The notes under the pieces: generated by a model
What the model saw: only the letters and a program-made list of their open reading frames with translations
What the model was told of the DNA's origin: nothing
Databases searched by the model: none
Origin: Octopus vulgaris
Lineage: Eukaryota
Direction of reading: 5' to 3'
Assembly: GCA_951406725.2 (NCBI GenBank)
Contig: OX597814.1
Span: 92,814,001 to 92,878,000, forward strand
DNA: 64,000 nucleotides
Program-made: the position numbers and the translations under genes
Shown here: one piece after another, positions 51,101 through 62,600 of the stretch
Numbering within the stretch: the first letter of the stretch is position 1
Layout of the letters: the number at the start of each line of letters is the position of its first letter

Positions 51101-53605
51101 CTTTCCAAGGTTAACGTCACTTCTACATTTATTATAGGTGTTATCATATATTCTATTTTTACTATTCTTATGTATATTGTTGATTATCCTAAATCTATTT
51201 GTGTTGTTCCTGATAGTTCTACCTCCATTAGGGGGTTCCCCTTAGGTATAAACCAAATCTTACTTTTATATCCTGCCTTAAGTAATGCTGCATTGTATCT
51301 ATCACAGTGTTTGTTAAAAATTTCCTCGTTTGAGGATAAACTAGAAATTCTCTGACTAATGCTACGCACTAGTGCATTTTTAATTTGAGGGGGTGATTAC
51401 TAGAACGGTTAATGTATATTAGGTTAGAATTAGGTTTAATATAGGGTTCATGTAAACCATTAGTAATGTTACAATTAACATCTAAATAATTAGCAGAATA
51501 ATTTTCACTTTCAATGATAATGGATAGGCCGAAGCTTTTAAAAAATTTATTTATTCTTTTTTTCAGAAGATCTAATCTCCTATTTGATGTATTCCTAACA
51601 CAAAATAAGGCGTCATCCCTGTATAATCCACCTTTTAATTCAGGGAATTCCCTACTAAAGTTATCTAATAGATACATCCCAACTAGATCAGTCACCTCCG
51701 CTGAGTCCGGCGATCCCATTGTGATATCGAACAAGTTGGGTGTGTCCTTTCTAGCCCAAAGTTTATTATCAAACTCTATTAAAGTTTTCCTGGCTGTTAG
51801 TATAACCTTAATCTCCCCCATACTTAATTTAGTGTGTTTTCTAGCAAAAATTAAGGACTTATTTAATATAATAGGGTTAATTGAAGTGTAATAATTCTGT
51901 ATATCGAATTGTATAAATTTATTTCTATTATAGCTAAAGTTGTTACTGTCACAGACCTTAATGGCAGAAAACCAATCCAAAGCACCCTGAGTATTCTTCC
52001 AAAGGTTTAGTTTGATTTTATTGCGGATGGTGGGTAGATATTTATCTAGAATGAGTTTACTTAGTCTGCCTAAGTCAGATTTAGTGGGGCAAATTAATCT
52101 GACCTGTGTGTTTCCAAGAAAATTCTCTTTATGATCCTTTAGTGTAATTCTCGGTCTGGATGGGGTGTAGGGTTCCGTTTTTTCTTCTAGGTAGTAGTCA
52201 AATATGATTTCTCTGATCTCCAGGTTCAGTTTTCTAAGTGTACTAGAAGGTACTACTTTGTATTTCTTGGTTATTTCCTTGTGTAGAAGATCATGATATG
52301 CAGTAATGTCAATGTTGTAGATGTTGTTGGTTTTGTCAGAATGTGTTAGAATGCCGCTCTTACCTTTGAGAGTTCTAATTAAGTCTTTCAATTCTCTTTG
52401 GTGCGGGTTATATCTTAAAGGATGATTTCTAAATTTTATGTTTTTTACAGTCTCCCATAATTCTTGTTCAAAATTGTCTAGATGTATATTTGGTGGAGGA
52501 GACTTTCTAGATTTAAATGTAGTGCCTGTTAGTTTTAATATTTCTTCATAGGTGCTTCCAATTCCATTACGGATCGTTTCCCCAGTGTGTTGTTGGTTTA
52601 TTTTATTATTAAAGTTCTCATGGTGGAAAATCCTCCATCTGATCCTATGGATGAATTCATTCATTCTATAAATTAGTTCTTTAGTGTAATGGTCTTTGGT
52701 AGGGATAGGTACATCCTTCATTGATGAATTGATCAGTATTTTCTCCATTCTTCTAGCAGTAATGATCAAAGGAACAAATATACTACACTAGGGTGTATTC
52801 ACATGCACTATTAATATTTAAATCAATAAATGGATGCTTATATTACACCAGTATGAGCAATTCAGGTTCCTCAAAAGATAAATTTAGGTTATAAAATGAG
52901 ATAGGGGTTGAAAATTCAACCCACCATGGGATAATATATATCCAATATACTGCTAGATAGGTACCCAACAAAATTAATACATAGATGTTAAAAATTGTCA
53001 AGCAATCAGTTCATCTATTGTATTAAATGGGTAAAGGTAATAATATTACCGTAAATTAATACTACAAAATTAGAGAATGGAGAAACATACTTAAATCAGT
53101 AAAACATCAACTATCCGATGATATTCAATCCATACTTTAATACACCATTACATATGAGTAAAGGCAATATATAAAATGAAATGAGATACACAGTAATAGT
53201 AAAAGTAAAAAGATAAAGAGATATAAGTAAAAAATTTCAAATATAATATGCAAATAAATCAAAACTGACAGCTGTTTCGGCAGTGAGGACAGTCATACCT
53301 CATTTAACCTATAAGCCATAAAGGCAGGTATAAATGAGGCATTAACAAGGATGCCCCACGGCCTCTTCAGAGAATTAAATTAAATTTGTTATAATAGTGA
53401 AAAATATTATATAATCATATACATATAAATATAAAAATATAAAAATGTAAAATATAAAAACTTATACATCATAATGCTACACTTATATAATATAATACAC
53501 ATTTGTACAAAAAGGAAGGTAAACAGAACAAAATAAAACAAAATATATAACAGTGTATATATTAATATTAATAAGTACCGATATTATACATATTTGGCTA
53601 ATAGT

Positions 53606-53637
<32 letters not shown>

Positions 53638-53728
53638 GGGGCTAACACATATGGAGATGAAAAATAATAATTAAATCCGTGGTACAGTTCATAAAATTCT
53701 AAAGCTATAAAAGTTAATAAAAATTACT

Positions 53729-53775
<47 letters not shown>

Positions 53776-56029
53776 TAATAATAATAAAAAATACTAAAAA
53801 TAGATACAGTTAAGTTAGCACCAAGTCCATCCTTTCAAGATCGAAATAACTATGAGTTAAGAAATGCTGACCACTAGGTAAAGAAAATTTAGATTAATTC
53901 GATTGGCTATTGGTTTGAAATTTAAATCACAAAAGAAAATTATACGGTTGGTTAGTCAAGGAACGCCAATATTCACACACGCATCTACAGATCAAACGCA
54001 CATACACACATAGTTATATGTATATACATACACTTATACACATACACAATCACAAGCAACAACTAGCACTTAGATAAACAAAAAAGGGAAGCAACTATGC
54101 TAACATTTAGTCCTTCAAAATTACAACTGAGCCTCAATAACAAAAAAAGAACCATCCATGCATTCTATAAAATATTTAATTTAGATATAAATATATTTTT
54201 AAATATCAGTATGTTACTAATTCAGATAATTATTTCATGGGTAACTTAAAATTTATAACACCGGTTTGTTACAGAGTAAACATACGGTTGTTAGGTTTAT
54301 CGTAAGTTTGTTATGATTTTAAGTACGCTAAATTATAAAATATAAAAAAATATATATTAATTTAAATATTATAAATAAGTCACTTATTAACTTAATAAAT
54401 ATAGTGCCATAATATACCAGTTTAGGCATTAAAGAATAGAAGAGGAAGTATTAATGTAAACGCTTATGAGAACATCACAGAAATTTTAAATAAATTTTAT
54501 ATTATAAAGACTTAAGATGAAAAGAGATGAAATAAATAAAAAGGAATAAATACGAAGGAATAAATACGGTTATATACATAATTATAAGTACAAACTAGTA
54601 TATATGTATTCATATATTATTAAAATTAAATAAAAATAAATGATAGATATGTATGTATAAAACTACACCAGTATAAGTAAATAAGTAAAAAATAAATAGG
54701 TAACAAATTAGATGACTTGATATGTATGTAAACATCTACACTTAAATAGGCAAATAAATAAATGAATAGAAGACTAGATGCAAAGATTGATAATATTACA
54801 ATAAAATGGGAAATAAATAAAAATAAATAAAGTGAATATATATATTTTATATTGTTGAAAGTAAATATGTATGGAAGGATAGTTTAAAGTACAGATCCAG
54901 AGGACTATAGATATAAACTAAATATATGAGGCTGGTAATAATTATAAAGCAAAATGCATGTAAATGAGAAAATGAAAAAAAATGAAAAAGGTTTATCAGT
55001 GAATATATATATATAAAATGAGATAGGGGTTGAAAATTCAACCCACCATGGGATAACATATATCCAATATACTGCTAGAGAGGTACCCAACAAGACTAAT
55101 ACATAAATGTTCAAAATTGCCATGCAATTAGTTCATTTACTGTATTATGTGGGAAAAGGTAAAAATATTACCGTAAATTAATACTACAAAATTAGAAAAT
55201 GGAGAAACATACTTAAATCAATCAAACATCAACCAACAGATGATACCCAATCAATACTTTATTACACCATTACATAACAGTAAAGGCATTATACAAAATA
55301 TATTGTAAATATAATTAGACAAGGAAATAGAAATATAAAATATAAAATATAATATGTAATTATATCATATCTGACAGCTGTTTCAGCAGTAAGGGCAAGC
55401 ATGCGTCATTTAACCTATAAGCCATATAAGGCAGGTATAAATGAGACATTAACAAGGATGCCCCACGGCCTCTTCAGAGAATTTAATTTATTATAAGTGT
55501 GAAAAAAATTTTTTTTATATACATATAAATATAAAAATATAAAATATAAAAACGTGTGCATAGACACCCATAATACTACACATATATATATATACTCATT
55601 AATACAATAATACAAAATAAACAAAAACAAAATAAAACAAAATATATATTAATAAACACAGTTATTCTACATATTGGGCTAATATATTTATATGTATATA
55701 AAAAAATTTTTTTTCACACTTATAATAAATTAAATTCTCTGAAGAGGCCATGGGGCATCCTTGTTAATGTCTCATTTATACCTGCCTTATATGGCTTATA
55801 GGTTAAATGACGCATGCTTGCCCTTACTGCCGAAACAGCTGTCAGATATGATATAATTACATATTATATTTTATATTTTATATTTCTATTTCCTTGTCTA
55901 ATTATATTTACAATATATTTTGTATAATGCCTTTACTGTTATGTAATGGTGTAATAAAGTATTGATTGGGTATCATCTGTTGGTTGATGTTTGATTGATT
56001 TAAGTATGTTTCTCCATTTTCTAATTTTG

Positions 56030-56074
<45 letters not shown>

Positions 56075-59000
56075 AAAACACATGCATGCATGCATGCAAA
56101 CACACACACGCAATACACACATTCATATGCATCCAGCCATAGAAAAACTGCCTAAATAAATTCTGTCTGACCCATGCAATCATGGAATATTAGACATTAA
56201 AACAGTATTGATAATGATGATTTAAAAGAAGTTTATAACATGTAAGTTTATTGATTCCAGGAATAAATGACTTTGTATGCTGTAAACTTGGCTCTATTTG
56301 CAGAACCTGGCAAAGATGTGAAGAACATCCACATGTTAAGAAATGGTCAAAACTCAAATACCTAATGGTTAATAAAGAAAATGTGAAAGTACTAACAGAG
56401 ATCACAAAATCTGTTTGCCATAAAGTAACAAGTCAATACAGGACTTATATTCAGCCCTAAGCAATAGAAGACTGAGAACAAGAACTTCAAAATTTGCTAA
56501 CTGTACCAAAGTAATTAGCATCAAGGATATTCATATAGTGAATCTATTGTTCAGGTGGCTTGTTAGATAAAGATTATGTTATCAAAGTGACCTAAGTAGT
56601 GATGGGGTTGGCTGCAATAACTGTTTAGAAGATAGAATAAGGAAACCATATAAGATGTCTAGTGAGTTGCTATCTTTATTTGTAATAAATTGTAGACTGT
56701 GTGGTTATTTCTTCTTCTTCCTCAAGTGATTACAACCAAGATGCATTTTATAATACTGCATCAGGAATCCCTGTCTCCCATTGGCTTTAGTAGGTTCTCA
56801 ATTTCAAGTTGTATGTTTCTACTAAAACATTTTAAGCCAAATGAAACCCAATTAAGTTGGACGGAAAATTTTTGGTTATCAAGAGTTATAACTTCAAAAT
56901 TATTTTGGGACTATGATAAATTTATATTGTATTTTCTGGTATACAAGTCAGTGTAGTATATAGTGTAAACATGTAGTGTAAACATTCAAACATTGTCATT
57001 ATCTTTCCAATTTCTGCTGTATTTCATATAGAATTTGATGTGTATGACTACCTTACTTTTTTAGTTGTAAATTCTAGTCTGATGAATTCAACTTGTATGT
57101 TAGAAAATATGGTATCCATTCATAGAATTCATGTTGTTTTATAAAATTCATATTCTCTTTTGTATAATACGTAATTATGAAAAAGAAATATTTTATAACA
57201 TCTTACCAGTGCTTTGTTCAGGAAACAATCCAAGGATACAGATGGATGTTAGGTTGATTGCACTTTGAAATGATCCATCTAAAATATTATTGATGTCTTC
57301 TTTAGTTGCTTGGATTACATCTTCCAGAGAATGACTGAAATTTAAATAAGTGGATATATATATATTTTAAAAATTGAATTTCAGCAGTGTGTGTATATGT
57401 GTGCATATTTATATGTATATGTGTACAAGACTTTTTTTGACTTCTCAGCTTCAGTTATCTTCCCAAAGCTTTTTTAGAAGTAGCAAGTTTCATGAATAGT
57501 TGAAAACATGTGAAATTTCTATACACAAAAGAAGGCAAATATGTCCATGCTCATATATATATCATCATCATCAATCATCATCATCATCAACATTTAATGT
57601 CTGTTTTCCATGCTGGCATGGGTTGGATGGCTTGACAGAAACTACCAGTTCATCCATTATATTCTCTTTTCTTTTCCTCTATCACTATAAATGGAGTGCT
57701 ATTGCCTTTATTGTTAATATCTTCTAACCATGATTTATGACCCCCGCCAAAAAAAATTTTAAACAAAAGAAACAATTTCACTGCATTAAAAAATAGGGCA
57801 ATTTGTTTAAAGGAAATGGCTTGCTTGTTGCCGATCCTGGCAAAGTAAGTGAATCCTACAACAAACTATTGGTTAATTATATGATATTTGTCTTTCACTG
57901 GAAGCTGAAGTGATGTGATTAGAAGTTTGAGTAAGTCTAAAAAGAAAGAAATAGATGGTGCAGACAGTAATTTGCAATTGTGAAGAGAAAAAATTTTTGT
58001 TGGGAAGAGGAAATAAATAGTATAAATAAGGTACTACACTCTCGGAGTGGTTGGCGTTAGGAAGGGCATCCAGCTGTAGAAACACTGCCAGATCAGACTG
58101 GGCCTGGCGCAGCCTTCTGGCTTCCCAGACCCCAGTTGAACCGTCCAATCCATGCTAGCATGGAAAACGGACGTTAAATGATGATGATGATGATGATGAA
58201 GGTCTCCTGTCCTGGAGGCAAACAAATGTAGTTTGCGGAGGGATATCATATTTATTAAAACAAAGTACAATGATTATAAACTTAAATACATGACACTAAA
58301 ATACTAAAGCTTATTAATCACAAAGACAATATTTTGATAAAGTTAGATTCAGCCGTTGGCTGTATCAAGGTACATAACTCTTCTTGGGCAAGGTACACAA
58401 CTCTTCTTATCTAGCTGTCTGATGTGTTTCATCCCTACTGCACAACCGAGTGCATGGGATTAGAAATTGCATCCATTTATACAATCATTTGATCTAGCGC
58501 CATGAAAAATGTTTACATTTTGAGAAATATAAATACATTGTTTAACATGGAAAAAAAATAGATATAAAACAACAAAATTACAGGTATAAAAATTTCATGG
58601 CACTTTTGGCATTTAGAACTCCAGTATAATTAATTATCAAGTCTTGACCATCTTTGCCAGGTGGTTTTCCAAGCAGTTTGATTGTTGGACTGTGCGTAAA
58701 GTTGTATCGATTGCACTCCTCATCCAGGTGTAAGCAGTCGACCATGGCACTAGAAAGATTGGGGTAGTTTTCACCAAACTGAGACTGCCATTGTTCCAGA
58801 AGACGTACAAATGCTATACCAACCGGGTCATCTGTCAAAATATACATAAGATTTATATGAGATTGATGAGTTCCATATATCATATTGAATTACAGTATGC
58901 ATACACAGAAGATGAAATATATCTTGAGCAAACCTGTACATCCATTTTTCAGTTATGTGTTACATGTGCGTTTGACTCCTTTCTTAATTTATCTATTATA

Positions 59001-59139
59001 TACATATATATATATATATCACCGTGATCACCGTGACTGACCAGGCTATCAAATGTTGCTACACATCGCTGGTCACAATGCTCTTTGCATTGTTTTAGCC
59101 TTCAAATGATGCCACCCCGCTGGCTAAGCAAGCAGACCA

Positions 59140-59186
<47 letters not shown>

Positions 59187-59573
59187 TGTGTGAGTGTGTG
59201 TGTGTGTGTGTGTGTATGTTTACATATAAATTTATTAATATCTTTCTTAATCTAAATGTTGTGATGAGTGATGAATTTTTAACATTCCAGGTTGTTTGAA
59301 TCTGTTAAATCATTCAACCCATGCCAGCATGGAAAAAAGACATTAAATGATGATGATGATGATGATGATGATGATGGTGGTGATGGTGATGATGAGGAGG
59401 AGGAGGAGGGCAACAACGACGACGACAATGATGACGACGATGATGGTGGTGGTGGCAGTGGCAGCAGCACTGATGGTGGTTACGATGATGATCGTCACGA
59501 CAACAAGGATGACAGCAGCAATGACAATGATGATGGTGGCGGTGATGATGGGGGGTGGTGGGGTGAAGAGGAC

Positions 59574-59614
<41 letters not shown>

Positions 59615-62600
59615 GGATGATGATGACATATATGTATATTTACATTTGGAGAGAAAAACGATCAATGTATACGTTGAAGAATTTTCAATATCAGGCAGGG
59701 TTTCTTCAGTGAGTGAAGTAATCTTAAATGGTTTACTGAGATAATATTTGGAGCCAAATACAACTTCTGTTACTTCATCATGATCAACAGAATCTGAAAG
59801 AAAAGAAGAAATAAAAGAATATGAGAATAATCGAAGATATTGTGTTGATTAAAAGAGTTAATGGATCACACTAATAATTACACTTCTCTTTCTTTTCTCT
59901 CTTTTACTTGTTTCAGTCATTTGACTGCGGCCATGCTGGAGCACCTCCTTTAGTCGAGCAAATCGACCCCAGGACTTATTCTTTATAAGCCCAGTACTTA
60001 TTCTATTGGTCTCTTTTGCCGAACTGCTAAGTGATGGCGATGTAAACACACCAGCATCGGTTGTCAAGCAATGCTAGAGGGACAAACACAGACACACAAA
60101 CATACACACACACACATATATATATATACTTATATACGACGGGCTTCTTTCAGTTTCCGTCTACCAAATCCACTCACAAGGCTTTGGTCGGCCCGAGGCT
60201 ATAGTAGAAGACACTTGCCCAAGATGTCACGAAGTGGGACTGAACCCAGAACCATGTGGTTGGGAAGCAAGCTACTTACCACACAGCCACTCCTGTGCCT
60301 ATTTTTAAAAAAATTTTGCTTGTTTCAGTCATTGGACTGCAGCCATGCTGGAGTACTGCCTTGAAGAGTTTCAGAGAAATTAATTGGTCCAAGTAATAGA
60401 TTTTTTAAGCCTGGTACTTATTCTGTTGGTCTCTGAGGTGAAACTGCTAAGTCATAAAAACAGAGACAAAATAGCACCAGTTGTCAAGCAATTATGGGGG
60501 ACAAGCACAAACACAGCACACAACACGCATGCAGAGAGAGAGAGAGAAAGAGAGAGGATGAATACTGTAGTAACTGACTATCAACAGTGTATATAGATGG
60601 CTATCTTTATTTAATACTGTTATCAACTGTGTTCACTAGATTTAATATTTTATATAAATCCTTTAAAAAGTGTTTCAGCCTGAAAGCTGCAGCCATGCTG
60701 GGGCACCACCATTGAATGTGCTACACTAGTATGTAAAACCACCTTTGATACGTGGCACTTGGTCAACAAGGGAGTTTCATGCTGCCTGCATCTGTGTTTC
60801 CTGCCGAGAGGTAGGTTCATCTGGAACCCCTGACAAGAAGAGATCCAGTTTAGTTTTAAAGAGACCCACATCAACACCATGCAGGTCTCTCAGACATTTA
60901 GGAAGGATATTGAAGAGCTGTAGTCCCCTGAAACCCAAGCTGTTGCAGTATCTGATCCTGTATTTTGATGGTGGTGTTGGGATCTTTGGCACCATGCAGT
61001 GGCACCCCGTTCTGCTGTTGGGGTAACTTTGAATGCCAAAATTCGGGACAAGACCCTCCAGGATTTTCCTGCTCATAAATTAGATACGTTACCTCTCATT
61101 AACCATAAGATGGGATTATTCATGGTTTATATCATATCACCAGTGTTATATCATATTCCTGCTTGAAAAATACTCCTTTCTTTTGTCTACTCTCTTTTAC
61201 TCTTTTACTTGTTTCAGTCATTTGACTGTGGCCATGCTGGAGCCCCGTGCTTAGTCTAAAGAATTATAAAAATTTTTATTGCTGTTGCTTTTTACTATTG
61301 CAACTTATTTTATTCTTTTACTATTCGATGGAGATGGCAGGTTAAGCCTTTTGATACCAACCTACCTGAGACTGGTTCTCTGGCACAAATTTACTGCTTT
61401 AAAACAATCTAAATTAAAATCTTGCCAGTGGCAGCTAAGCACGATGCTTCTGTGTAACTAAAAATTGTACATTGTTCTCTGGGTAATATACAACTTCATT
61501 TAACCCTTTAGCATTTAAACCGGCCATATCCGGCCAAAAGTATTCTGCCTGTTTTATGTTCAAACTGGCCATATCTGGTCTCTTACACCAACCCTACAAT
61601 ATCGTTTTAAAAATTAACAGCTACCACATCAAAATCTCATAGTTACAAGATAATGCATGATTAGTTCAAAGCAACGTGGATAAAGAAGTATTAATTTTGG
61701 CAGAATAATGTGAACACTAAAGGGTTAAGTGTGACCCATAAGTACTATGTGGGTATACAGTATGTTTTTGCATAGTGGAACTGTGTACATTGCACTCTAA
61801 TTTACAATAGGTTATTGTGTAAAGTGCAGTGTGACATTATGAGAATATTGCATTTTCCTCTCATAACCAGTTCCTTTTGGTATGCCTGTAGTCTTTGATG
61901 AGAACCATGATGAATGTGGGCAAGATGAAATCCATTATATTTATATTGATTTTTACATTTTCTGCTAGAAAGAGCAGCATCATTTCCCTCATATCCAACC
62001 CTACTCACTCAGGAATGTATATGTTGGCTGCAGTCATACTAAATGCACTATATCTGAAGAAAGGTAGGATGGTCATAACTGGAATGTCTTTGATTATAGA
62101 TCTGCTCAATAAGAGATGACCTAGGAATTGCCCATTAGCATTCAACTTATTCTGTGAAATGTAATGCTTAGTTGTTGACATTGTTTTGATTTAATCATGC
62201 ATTATCTCTTTGCTTTGAGACAGTGATGACGTGACCGTTTATTTCTAAAATGACATTATAAGGTAGGTGTGAGAAGTCGGATCTGGCTAGCTTCAACATA
62301 AAACCAGTAACAATCACATAAATATACTATCATTTAAAACAATGTCACACTCAAAGATCATGTTTGTGTCATTCTAATTCTCAGCACATTTGTTATTGTT
62401 GATGTTAAAACTGAGGCCAACCCTGATCAAGCAGGCTTATGATAAAGACATTCAAACCAGGGACTGTCTATCTCGTAGATGTATGTAGGGCTATAGTATC
62501 TAACATGTCCTTCGTTTTTAAAGCTGGTAGGCTGTGATATGATATTTGAAGCTGTTAATAGATCATGTGGTTACATAGAGATTCTTACAATAATGATAAG

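Larger units (their letters stand above)
47457..55005 (-). mobile_element. Near full-length Penelope-like retroelement (Naiad-type): pLTR - 5'UTR - RT/GIY-YIG ORF - 3'UTR - pLTR, inserted in (TA)n
   Basis: Direct repeats 47461-49409 and 53064-55005 flank the RT+EN coding region; each repeat has a hammerhead motif; (TA)n on both sides. Confidence 0.9.
55013..56030. mobile_element. Diverged sister PLE fragment (pLTR end + 5'UTR tail) with a 348-bp inverted duplication
   Basis: 55013-55680 is a diverged copy of ~52890-53600; arms 55186-55533 and 55683-56030 are reverse complements; flanked by (TA)n. Confidence 0.85.

Noticed and set aside
49968-51891. Plus-strand ORFs opposite the PLE ORF
   Set aside because: Antisense shadows with no recognisable motifs.
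49907-52769. Selenocysteine recoding, as reported for some Naiad elements
   Set aside because: No in-frame TGA in the reconstructed ORF (the breaks are frameshifts) and no convincing SECIS was seen.
59279-59744. Poly-Asp, poly-Met and poly-Ser ORFs
   Set aside because: Products of a trinucleotide microsatellite; the only real coding part is the minus-strand exon 59644-59793.
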